DNA of 64,000 nucleotides, from assembly GCA_964016885.1 (NCBI GenBank), contig OZ024741.1, forward strand, positions 38,130,001 through 38,194,000. Direction: 5' to 3'. Shown one piece after another: positions 37,696 through 50,433 of this stretch. The notes beneath the pieces are model-generated. The model saw nothing but the letters and a program-made list of their open reading frames with translations. It did not search any database and was not told where the DNA came from. Origin of the DNA: Eledone cirrhosa (Eukaryota). Made by a program: the position numbers and the translations under genes. Position 1 is the stretch's first letter; every line of letters begins with the position of its first letter.

Positions 37696-40600
37696 GAATG
37701 CCATGGTTGACGGAGGCTCGGCTCTGTAAGGTATAGTAATTTTTAACCGTTAAAACAATTGTAAATTGTTTAAAACTTGAACCAAATTGTTGATAAAGAC
37801 ACCCTCCTCCTCGTGAGAGGGGTCTTTCTGTCCGTTATTTGGCCCTTCGGGGTTAAATAACCAGTTATTGGGGTTTTGTACCCAATATTCATTTTAAACA
37901 AAAAACAACATGGCTACGAAAAAGAAATTTCACACGTCACTCCCACTCATTCCGTCTTCTTCTTCATCAATCATCACTACAGCAGAGAGAAGATTGTCTC
38001 TCTCCCTCCCTTCTTTAAATGTGTCTCTCTCCCTCCCTTCTCTTTCGCAAGTGACGAAAGAAAAGAAAAGTTTCGTGCAAAGCGTGCAAGGTTTCTCCAC
38101 GACGACAGCGACGAAACAGGTGTGCGGGAAATACGAAAACCCAGTTCATTCGTCTGACGTCAGGAATAATAGCAGTAGCAGCCGTAATAACAACAGCAAC
38201 AGTGACAATGAAAACAACAGTAGCAGCCGCAACAGCATCACCAGCAGCATAAACAACAACAGCATTAGCAGCAGCAACACCAACAACAACAACCACAGCA
38301 ACAGCGGCGGAGGCAGTAGTCGTAGTACCTGCAGCAACAACAAAAGTACCAGCAGCTCTGACGACAACAACAACAGCAGAGAAAAACCAATCTCATTTGC
38401 AGGTATTGCGAAAAACTTGGAAACAATCCTCATAACAAATGAGGAATTAGAGGAAGCGAAGAAGATGGTGACAAAGAACGGACACCGAGCAATCTGCAAG
38501 GCAGCGGAAAAATTTTTCGAAACCCAAGAGCACTGTACGGTCACGTACCGTACAGTAAGTACAAAATCCCGTAGGGTGGAAAGAGCCACAGAGGCCCAAA
38601 TACAAAAAGCCTTGGGGTCTGTGTGGCAGCGGAAAACGCACATCACCCGAGGCAAAAAATATGCCACCGTAGACGTACTTTTTGCCACACCCCAGGAGGC
38701 AAAGGCCCAATCAGTAGTGACCCTAAGGAGCGAGGAAATGGTGTTGGTGCCCTCCTACTGCGGGCAAAAAATTGTGAGGGTCAAACTGACCCACGTCCCC
38801 CCCCCGGAATGACCCCTTCTTGGCTGGCCGCGTCTGTCCTCGTCGGAATCGAGGAGAAAACAACTGTACTGCAAGTACAGAAAAAAGTAAGAGAAGATTG
38901 GGTCGGCTCCTCCATTGAGATGCTAATCCAAACCAACCAGGAGTGCATCGAAGCTATCCCGGATGTGATAGACTTCGATAACGGCACTCAACTGCCCATA
39001 AGTGTTGAGGGCAAACGCCCGAAATGCTTTCGCTGTGGATCGAAGACTCACCTCAGGGCCTTCTGCAACGAGAAGACCCTGAGAAAGGAGAAAACCCCCC
39101 TCCTTCCGAATCCGGCTCCACGGCTACCAGCAACAGGACAAGCGGCAACCAGGAACGATAGGCCCGTGGCACCCATACCCACTCCACGGAAATCAAAAAC
39201 AGCAGCAGCAGTGGAAATATTAACAACAACAACAGCAATACCAAATGCAGCTGCAACAGAGACTCCAGTGCAAACATCACCAACAACAACAAGTGAAAGA
39301 GTGGAGCTGGTACCCCTCCCCGACCTCACAGAATCAGACATGGAGTGTGAGGTGGGAGAGAGATGGCAAAAGGTCGTAAGAAGGCACAAACGCAGAAGCA
39401 GCGCATCGTCGCCTTTGAAAAGGGAGGAAAGAAATGAGAAAAGGGTAAAGTCTACTGCAAAGAGACCCACAGCAGCAACAACACCAACACCATCACCACC
39501 CACACTAGCACCACCATCACCACCGGCGACAACCCCACCGCCAACAACACCTTCAACACCACCACCACAAGCACCAACATCGCAAACACGACAACAAAAC
39601 ACACACACCCAGCAACAACGACAAGAAAATAGCAGAACCACACCCCCACCCCCAGAAAAACAAATGCACGGCAATAAATACACACAACAAGAAACTAATG
39701 ACTTACATAATTGAACACACAGACATTTCACAACAGGACTACATAATACCAGCACCAATCAAAACGCCAACTAACATAAGACTGCTAAAAATAGCACAGA
39801 AACAATACACAAATATTAAAACGAAATTCCCCAAAGCAGTTGGTGATTTCAGGGACCTAGGAGGAACCATCAATCGAAGAGTATACTCAGACATTCTCTT
39901 AGAAGAGCCGACGACCAGCCGAAGGGACGATTCAACGGTCCCTTCACCAGACGATCAAGTGAAAAGGGATGTAAAAACCATCCCTCCTCTACCAAAAGTA
40001 CGGTAAGTGGTCTTTCCCATCTTTTCCACTCTATTTTAAACATGACCTCACTCAGAATAGGCAGCATAAATGCGCGTGGCTTGGGGTCGTCATGGAAGCA
40101 GGGTCACCTGCTCAACGACCTCAGGTCACTAAACATAGATGTAGTGGCCATCAGCGAGACCAGAATCTCCGAAGCACGGGCCTTCGCACCGATCTTCGGC
40201 GGCTACGATGTGTACGCATCTCCCAGCCGTCCTGGATCGGGTGGAGGAGTTGCTGTGCTTTTTCGGAGAGGTTTGGATCTCGCCATACGGGCCATCTTCC
40301 TGGACCCAGAGGGTAAGCTGGTGGTACTGGACGTGACCAGCGGAGACGGGCAAGCTTTCAGGCTAGTGGCTGTCTATGCCCCGACAGGAGCAGGGCGGCC
40401 TGATTTCTTCCGGCGTCTGGAGACCTTTCTTGGAACGTCCCGCTCTTTAGTGTTAGTGGGCGACTGGAACGGGATCTTAGATGCACGCTGGGACTGTGTG
40501 GGATTAGCGGATAGGGGTGGAGGGTGCAAGAGCCTCACCAACCTGCTCAGGCGTTTTGAACTGTCTGACAGGTACCGATTGGATTTCCCGAATGTGCCAA

Positions 40601-43600
40601 TGTGGACTTGGACAAATCGCATAGGGTCATCCAGATCATATCTAGATAGAGTATTTTGTAGGGAAATAGATAGGTCTAGCATAGGCTGTCCACAATTCAA
40701 GATAGTCAGCTACACGGACCACAAATTCGTGATCTGTGTGCTTGACTTAGATAGGCTTCATAGACGAGGACCCGGCTACTGGAAGCTAAACGCGTCCTTA
40801 CCAGCGCGCAAGGCCTACAGAGACCGGATTAGCGAACTAGTTAAGCGGGCGTTGACGGGGGCCATCGTCAACAACAAGTGGTGGTTTGCTCTGAAAAGAG
40901 CGATTAGAATAGAATCGATTAGGTTTAGTAAGGCTTTAGCAATAGAGAAAAATAGAGCAGAGGGAGAACTAGTTAGAAAATTAGACGAGGCGCTTAGCAA
41001 AGGCATTGCGACCGACGTGCTTGCAGCGAAATTGGCCCTTGACCAATTCTTCAATGCAAAGCACGAAGGCTGCGTTGTCAGAGCAAGGGTGCGTGCTCTC
41101 AGACACGAGGGGACGAAAGCCGTTCAATGGGCCCGAGTGGCGGAGGCGCGTCGTGGCAACAAAGCCACGATCCGGTCTTTGGTGGACCACGACGGGCGCA
41201 TGCTACTCGATCCCGGGCAAATGTGTGAAGCTTTTCAGCGACACTTCGCTCAGCTGTTCGGGGGCAGCGGTGGGACGGGTAGAGGGATGGACTTTAGTGT
41301 CTACCTCGACGGACTGCCGCGGCTCTCGGCCACTGAGGCGAGGTGTTGCGAAAAGCCGATAACAGCCGCTGAAGTAAGGGAGGCAATGACTGGCTGCACA
41401 AGGGGTAAATCGCCTGGTTTGGATGGTCTGCCCTATGAACTTTACGTACAGATGCCAGACTTGTTCGGAGGCCTCTTGGCGGACGTCTACTGCAACTGGC
41501 AACAGAACGGGAGAATTCCCAGTTCTGTGAGCCGAGGAGCGGTGGCACTGCTGAGAAAGGATCCGAACAAGGGGGATAACATAGACAATTTCCGGCCCAT
41601 AACTCTGCTAAACACAGAGTTCAAGATTTTGGCCAAGGTGCTAGCAAAGAGGTTGGCGCTTGTCGTTGGTGGTCTGGTGGGAGAGGCGCAAACATGCGCC
41701 ATTCCCGACAGATCCATCCACGACAACCTCCACCTCATGCGATACATCATAGAGAGGGTAGCTAAGGAACCTGGCACGGGTGGGTCCTTGATCAATTTAG
41801 ATCAGTCGAAAGCTTTCGATAGGGTCGACCATCGTTACCTAGCGGCAGTCATGAGGGCGGCTGGCTTTGGGCCCGTCTTCAGAGGCTGGATCGCTGCCAT
41901 GCACAGCGACATCTGCTCTGTGGTGAGAGTGAACGGTCACCTGTCGGAACCGTTCAACATCATGCGCTCGGTCCGCCAAGGATGTCCCCTCTCGTCCCTC
42001 TTGTACGTATTGACTCTCGAGCCATTACTGCACAAACTGGAGACGTTGAGGGGAGTCCCGCGTGAACTAGGATGCGGAAGATCAGTGTCAGCATATGCGG
42101 ACGATGTCACCGTAGTGGTGTCGAGCGCCAAACACATCGAGGCGATCGGCACTACACGAAGCGGTGACAGGAGCAATGATCAACCAGGAAAAGTCAGTGG
42201 GCCTGCAGCTCGGCACCTGGAGAGGCAGGTCCATGCCGTCCAACAGCGTCGTCGGACGCTGGACGGACGGACCGGTTAAATTGCTAGGGGTCTGGTTCGG
42301 TCCGGACCTCCAGACGGACAAAAACTCGGACGAGGTGACGAGCAGTGTGGCTTCTCTCACCCAGAAATGGGCCGAGAGGAAGCTATCCCTGAAAGGTCGA
42401 GCGGAGGTGGCTAACGCGTACATCGCGTCCGTCATCTACTACCGCCTGACCGTCGTACCTTGTCCTAAGCCTCGCCTGACTGCGCTGGAGCGTTTGCTCT
42501 TTCGCTTTTTGTGGAAGGGACGCGCTCCGATGGTCAGGCGGTCCATCTGTTGTCAACACCCGCTACGTGGAGGGCTGGGCATGCCGTGGCTGATGATGCG
42601 CAGGCACGCGCTCAGGCTACGACATCTCCACCTCTTCCTCGACGGTGATCAGGTGTGGTCGCCGTTTGCTAGGCGCGTGTTTCCCCAGCTCGTTTCCTTG
42701 ACGGAGCTGCAGTCCTGGGTCAAGCGAAGACCGAGAGGGAGCGCCTGGAGACTGGAATGTCTTCAGGCGCTCACAGCCCTCGACCAATCGGGCAATGTGA
42801 TCGGTGGAAACTCCACCTCGGCGTTCTATAGAGGATTAGTGGAGGGGAAGAGCGACGACGTACTTGGGGAAACTCTAGGCGTCGACGAAAATCAACTAGC
42901 CAATCTCTTCGGAAGAACTTTCGGGCCAGGGCCTATGGACAACTTCCAGAAATCTCTGGCCTGGCAGTGCTACCGAGGAGCCTTGCCAGTTCGGGATAAA
43001 CTCTACAGGCATGGAGGTGCCGTCAGCCGGGTATGTCCGAGATGCGCACAGGGCGACGAAACCGTCCTGCACGCACTCGTCCAGTGTCCGAAAATTGCTG
43101 ACTTGTGGGTTTATGTCGAACACCTGCTGTCGCGTTTAGGACGGATCCGGCTATCATCTGAGTCCATCGTGAGGATTGCCCCGCCCTCCTCCTTTAGCCG
43201 GGAAGGGCAGGCAGTTTTTATCTGTCTGGTGGCCATGGCGAAAGAGATAGTATGGTGGACACGTTTGAAAGGGCTGAAGACGAGCACTTACCTCTCCGGT
43301 GATGCTCTGATTGACTTTTTCAAATTTTATTTGAAAAGGAAAATCAGAGTAGAGAGGGAAGTGCTCTCTTCCCAGCATTTTGTTGAAAGATGGGTGAGAG
43401 AAGCAAGAATGGCCCGAGTGAATGGGCCTACTCTGAGTATATATCTGTAAATTAAAGGTGGAAAACTGGGAGAGGGCACTTGCCTTGGAGGTCAGGGTCA
43501 CTGTGGCCTTTTACTGGGCTTTCTCCACAAATGTCCCTCCGAGAGTCTCCCCCCTATTGGGGAATTTTTCATTGTTATTTTTTTGTTACATCCTCTGTTT

Positions 43601-43702
43601 TTGTTTTTTACACGCAGAAATGCCCATTTGTACCGTCCTGTATTGTCCTGCACTGTCCTTAATGTCTACTTTATGTAAACCCTTGTGGTTAATAAAGAAA
43701 TC
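37696..43702 (+). mobile_element. Tx1 family A, copy A4 (frameshifted)
   Basis: ORF1 in 3 pieces (37910-40006); ORF2 40042-43450 broken by an 11-nt deletion at ~42157; followed by (ATT)6. Confidence 0.93.
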
Positions 43703-43720
43703 ATTATTATTATTATTATT

Positions 43721-46700
43721 GAATGCTATGGTTGACGGAGACTCGGTTCTGTAAGGTATTGTAAATTTTGACCGCTATAACAATTGTAAATTGTTTAAAA
43801 CTTTAACCAAATTGTAGACAAAAATACCCTCCTCCTCGCGAGAGGGGTCTTTCTGCCCGTTATTTGGCCCTTCGGGGTTAAATAACAGCTTATTGGGGTT
43901 TTGTGCCCAATATTTATTTTAAACAAAAAATAAAAAACATGGCTACGAAAAAGAATTTTCATAGGTCACTCCCACTCATTCCGTCTTCTTCTTCCTCAAT
44001 CGTCACTCCAGCAGAGAGAAGATTGTCTCTCTCCCTCCCTTCTCTAAATGTGTCTCTCTCTCCCCCCTTCTCTTTCGCAAGCGACGCCAGAAAAGAAAAA
44101 TCACGTGCAAAGCGTGCAAGATTTCTCCCCGACGACGACGACAACGACGAAAGATGTGTGCGGGAAATACGAAAACCCATTTCATTCGTCTGACGTCAGG
44201 AATAATAGCAGTAGCAGCCGTAATAACAGCAGCAGCAGCAACAGTGACAAGGAAAACAACAGTAGCAGCCGCAACAGCATCAGCAGCAGCATAAACAACA
44301 ACAGCATTAGCAGCAACAACAACAGCAGCAGCAGCAGCAACAACAACAACCACAGCAACAGCGGCGGCGGCAGTAGTCGTAGTACCTGCAGCAACAACGA
44401 AAGTAACAGCAGCTCTGACGACAACAACAACAACAACAGCAGCAAAGAAAAACCAATCTCATTTGCAGGTATCGCAAAGAACCTGGAAACCATCCTCATA
44501 ACAAATGAGAAATTAGAGGAAGCGAAGAAGATGGTGACAAAAACAGGACACCGAGCAATCTGCAAGGCCGCCGAAAAATTTTTCAAAACCCAACAGCACT
44601 GTATGGTCACGTACCGTACAGTAAGCACAAAATGCCGTAGGGTTGAAAGAGCCACAGAGGCTCAAATACAAAAAGCCTTAGGGTCTGTGTGGCAGCGGAA
44701 AACGCACATCACCCGAGGCAAGAAATATGCCACCGTAGACGTGCTTTTTGCCACACCCCCAGGAGGCAAAGGCTCAATCCCTAGTGACCCTAAGGAGCGA
44801 GGAAATGGTGTTGGTGCCCTCCTACTGCGGGCAAAAAATTGTGAGGGTCAAACTGACCCCCCCCCCCGGGATGGCCCCTTCTTGGCTGGCCGCGTCTGTC
44901 CTCGTCGGAATCGAGGACAAAACAACTGTACTGCAAGTACAGAAAAAAGTAAGAGAAGATTGGGTCGGCACCTCCATTGAGATGTTAATCCAAACCAACC
45001 AGGAGTGCATCGAAGCTATCCCGGATGTGATAGACTTCGATAACGGCACTCAACTGCCAATAAGGGTTGAGGGCAAACGCCCGAAATGCTTTCGCTGTGG
45101 ATCGAAGACTCACCTCAGGGCATTCTGCAACGAGAAGACCCTGAGAAAGGAGAAAACCCCCCTCCTTCCGAAACCGGCTCCACGGCTACCAGCAACAGGA
45201 CAAGCGGCAACCAGGAACGATAGGTCCGTGGCACCCATACCCAAGCCACGGAAATCAAAAACAGCAGCAGCAGTGGAAGTATTAACAACAACAACAGCAA
45301 TACCAAATGCAGCTGCAACAGAGACTCCAGTGCAAACATCACCAACAACAACAAGTGAAAGAGTGGAGCTGGTACCCCTCCCCGACCTCACAGAATCAGA
45401 CATGGAGTATGAGGTGGGAGAGGGATGGCAAAAGGTCGTAAGAAGACACAAACGCAGAAGCAGCGCATCGTCGCCTTCGAAAAGGGAGGAAAGAAATGAA
45501 AAGAAGGGTAAAGTCTACTGCTAAGAGACTCACAGCAGCAACACCACCAACACCATCACCACCGGCGACAACCCCACCGCCAACAACAACAACACCTTCA
45601 ACACCACAAGCACCAACATCGCAAACACAACAAAACACACACACCCAACAACAACGACAAGAAAATAGCAGAACAACACCCGACCCCCAGAAAAACAAAT
45701 TCACGGCAATAAATACACACAACAAGAAACTAATGACTTACATATATGAACACACAGACATTCCACAGCACGACTACATAATACCAGCAAAAATCAAAAC
45801 GCCAACTAACATAAGACTGCTAAAAATAGCACAGAAACAATACACAAACATTAAAACGAAATTCCCCAACGCAGTTGGTGATTTCAGAGACCTAGGAGGG
45901 ACTCTTAACCGGAGAGTATATTCGGACATACTCATAGAAGAGCCGACGACCAGCCGAAGGGACGATTCAACGGTCTCTTCACCAGACGATCAAGTGAAAA
46001 GGGATGGAAAAAAACCATCCTTCCTCTACGAAAAGTACGGTAAGTGGTCTTTCCCATTTTTTCCACTCTGTTTTAAACATGACCTCACTCAGAATAGGCA
46101 GCATAAATGCGCGTGGCTTTGGGTCGTCATGAAAGCAGGGTCACCTGCTCAACGACATCAGGTCACTAAACATAGATGTAGTGGCCATCAGCGAGACCAG
46201 AATCTCCGAAGCACGGGCCTTCGCACCGATATTCGGCGGCTACGATGTGTACGCATCTCCCAGCCGTCCTGGATCGGGGGAGGAGTTGCTGTGCTTTTTC
46301 GGAGAGGTTTGGATCTCGCCATACGGGCCATCTTCCTGGACCCAGAGGGTAAGTTGGTGGTTCTGGACGTGACCAGCGGAGACGGGCAAGCTTTCAGTCT
46401 AGTGGCCGTCTATGCCCCGACAGGAGCAGGGCGGCCTGATTTCTTCCGGCGTCTGGAGACCTTTCTTGGAACGTCCCACTCTTTCGTGTTAGTGGGCGAC
46501 TGGAACGGGATCTTAGATGGACGCTAGGACTGTGTGGGATTAGCAGATAGGGGTGGACGGTGCAAGAGCCTCACCAACCTGCTCAGGCGTTTTGAACTGT
46601 CTGACAGGTACCGATTGGATTTCCCGAATGTGCCAATGTGGACTTGGACAAATCGCATAGGGTCATCCAGATCATATCTAGATAGAGTATTTTGTAGGGA

Positions 46701-49694
46701 AATAGATAGGTCTAGCATAGGCTGTCCACAATTCAAGATAGTCAGCTACACGGACCACAAATTCGTGATCTGTGTGCTTGACTTAGATAGGCTTCATAGA
46801 CAAGGACCCGGCTACTGGAAGCTAAACGCGTCCTTACCAGCGCGCAAGGCCTACAGAGACCGGATTAGCGAACTAGTTAAGCGGGCGTTGACGGGGGCCA
46901 TCGTCAACAACAAGTGGTGGTTTGCTCTGAAAAGAGCGATTAGAATTCAATCCATTAGGTTTAGTAAGGCTTTAGCAATAGAGAAAAATAGAGCAGAGGA
47001 GAACTAGTTAGAAAATTAGACGAGGCGCTTAGCAAAGGCATCGCGACCGACGTGCTTGCGGCGAAATTGGCCCTTGACCAATTCTTCAATGCAAAGCACG
47101 AAGGCTGCGTTGTCAGAGCTAGGGTGCGTGCTCTCAGACACGAGGGGACGAAAGCCGTTCAATGGGCCCGAGTGGCGGAGGCGCGTCGTGGCAATAAATC
47201 CACGATCCGGTCTTTGGTGGACCACGACGGGTGCATGCTACTCGATCCCGGGCAAATGTGTGAAGCTTTTCAGTGACACTTTGTTCAACTGTTCGGGGGC
47301 AGTGGCGGGCCGGATCGAGGGATGGACTTTAGTGTCTACCTCGACGGACTGCCGCGGCTTTCGGCCACTGAGGCGGAGTGTTGCGAAAAGCCGATAACAA
47401 CCGCTGAAGTACGGGAGGCAATGACTGGCTGCACAAGGGGTAAATCGCCTGGTTTGGATGGTTATGCCCTATGAACCTTACGTACAAATGCCAGATTTGT
47501 TCGGAGGCCTCTTGGCGGACGTCTACTGCAACTGGCAACAGAACGGGAGAATTCCCAGCTCTGTGAGCCGAGGAGCGGTGTCGCTGCTGAGAAAGGATCC
47601 GAACAAGGGGGATAACATAGATAATTTTAGGCCCATAACTCTGCTAAACACAGAGTTCAAGATTTTGGCCAAGGTGCTAGCAAAGAGGTTGGCGCTTGTC
47701 GTTGGTGGGAGAGGCACAAACATGTGCCATTCCCGACAGATCCATCCACAACAACCTCCACCTTATGCGATACATCGCAGAGAGGCTAGCTAGGGAACCT
47801 GGCACGGGTGGGTCTTTGATCAATTTAGATCAGTCGAAAGCCTTCGATAGGGTCGACCATCGTTACCTAGCGGCAGTCCTGAAGGCGGTTGGCTTTGGGC
47901 CCGTCTTCAGAGGCTGGATCGCTGCCATGCACAGCGACATCTGCTCTGTAGTGAGAGTGAACGGTCACCTTTCGGAACCGTTCAACATCATGCGCTCGGT
48001 CCGCCAAGGATGTCCCCTCTCGTCACTATTGTACGTATTGACTCTCGAGCTATTACTACACAGACTGGAGACGTTGAGGGGGGTCCCGCGTGAACTAGGA
48101 TGCGGAAGATCCGTGTCAGCATATGCCGACGATGTCACCGTAGTGGTGTCGAACGCCAAACACATCGAGGCGATCGGCACTACACTAAGAGAATACGAAG
48201 CGGTGACAGGAGAAATGATCAACCAGGAAAAGTCAGTGGGCCTGCAGCTCGGCACCTGGAGAGGCAGGTCCATGCCGTCCAACAGCGTCGTCGGGCGCTG
48301 GACGGACGGACCAGTTAAATTGCTAGGGGTCTGGTTCGGTCCAGACCTCCAGACGGACAAAAACTGGGACGAGGTGACGAGCAGGGTGGCTTCTCTCACC
48401 CAGAAATAGGCCGAGAGGAAGCTATCCCTGAAAGGTCGAGCGGAGGTGGCTAACGCGTACATCGCGTCCGTCATCTACTACCGCCTAACCGTCGTACCTT
48501 GTCCTAAGCCCCGCCTGACTGCGCTGGAGCGTTTGCTCTTTCGCTTCTTGTGGAAGAGACGCGCTCCGTGGAGGGCTGGGCATGCCGTGGCTGATGATGC
48601 GCAGACACGCGCTCAGGCTACGACATCTCCACCTCTTCCTCGACGGTCATCAGGTGTGGTCGCCGTTTGCTAGATGCGTTTTTCCCCAGCTCGTCTCCTT
48701 GACGGAGCTGCAGTCCTGGGTCAAGCGAAGACCGAGAGGGAGCGCTTGGAGACTGAAATGTCTTCAGGCGCTCACAGCCCTCGACCAATCGGGCAATGTG
48801 ATCGGTGGAAACTCCACCTTGGCGTTCTATAGGGGATTAGTGGAGGGGAAGAGCGACGACGTACTTGGAGAAACTCTAGGCGTCGACGAAAATCAACTAG
48901 CCAATCTCTTCGGAAGGACTTTCGGGCCGGGGCCTATGGACAACTTCCAGAAATCCCTGGCCTGGCAGTGCTACCGGGGTGCTTTGCCAGTTCGGGATAA
49001 ACTTTACAGGCATGGAGGTGCCGTCAGCCGGGCATGTCCGAGATGCGCACAAGGCGACGAAACCGTCCTGCACGCACTCGTCCAGTGTCCGAGCATTGCT
49101 GACTTGTGGGTTTATGTCGAACACCTGCTGTCACGTGTAGGACGGATCCAGCTATCAGCTGAGTCCATCGTGAGGATTTCCCCGCCCTCTTCCTTTAGCC
49201 GGGAAGGGCAGGCTGTTTTTATCTGTCTGGTGGCCATGGCGAAAGAGATAGTATGGTGGACACGTTTGAAAGGGCTGAAGACGAGCACTTACCTCTTCGG
49301 TGATGCCCTGATTAACTTTTTCAAATTTCATCTGAAAAGGTAAATCAGGGTAGAGAGGGAAGTGCTCTCTTCCCAGCATTTTGTTGAAAGATGGGTGAGA
49401 GAAGCAAGTATGGCCCGAATGAATGGGCCTTCTCTGAGTATGTGTCTGTAAATTAAAGGTGGAAAACTGGGAGAGGGCACTTGCCCTGGTGGTCAGGGCC
49501 ACTGTGGTCTTTTAATGGGCTTTCTCCACAAATGTCCCTCGGAAGTCTCCCCCCTATTGGGGAATTTTTCTTTGTTATTTTATTTCATCCTCTGTTTTTT
49601 TTACACGCAGAAATGCCCATTTGTACCGTCCTGTATTGTCCTGTACTGTTCTTAATGTCTACTTCATGTAAACCCTTGTGGTTAATAAAGAAAA

Positions 49695-49695
<1 letters not shown>
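43721..49695 (+). mobile_element. Tx1 family A, copy A5 (most decayed)
   Basis: Many stops, frameshifts and deletions; ends AATAAAGAAAAC(ATT)14. Confidence 0.92.
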
Positions 49696-49737
<42 letters not shown>

Positions 49738-49738
<1 letters not shown>

Positions 49739-50413
49739 CTTGAATCTCAGTCATTGATGTTAGTTAACTGGAAAGTCCGTTGGAATGAATATCAAGCCGC
49801 TACATGCAGCCTCAGATATTCAGGACGTATCGGAGGGTTCTTGCTGTTCCAAGCAAGCATGCCTTTTGAAGCGTTCCAAAAAGCGTGAAGGGGCCGATTT
49901 TCTTCAACCATCCCTGGAAACTTTTGGAGATAGTCCCCAGTGCGCCTATGACAATCGGGATCACTTTGACTTCATGGCAGTTCCAAATCCTTTTTACCTC
50001 CCAGTTTAAGTCCTGGTATCGGTTAATTTTCTCCCTCTCCTTCTCTTCCACTCTCGTGTCGAATGGGCAGGCCACATCCACAATCAGACACGATCTTTTT
50101 TCTTTGTCCACAACCACCAGGTCAGGTCTATTGTGTTCCAGTTTCTTGTCCGTCTGTATCCTAAAATCCCACAGCACCTTCACCTGATCGTTCTCCATCA
50201 CCGCCTCTGGCTTATGCTCATACCATTTCTCAGAATGTGGTAAATTGTTTACTTTGCACAGGTGCCAGTGGATCACCCTGCCCATCACATCATGTCTCCA
50301 GCCCTTATAGTGGGTCTGGGCTAGGTGTTTACACTCGGATACAATGTGAGCCACAGTCTCCTCTCTCTCTCCACAGATCCTGCACAGTGGGCTAGCCTCC
50401 TCCTTGTAAATAT
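49738..50413 (-). mobile_element. R4/Dong-type element, family D, copy D1 (5'-truncated)
   Basis: Encodes CRIC...HIVSEC, RHD and RPDLVVVD..DVACP; (TAA)n on both sides. Confidence 0.9.
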
Positions 50414-50433
50414 TATTATTATTATTATTATTA

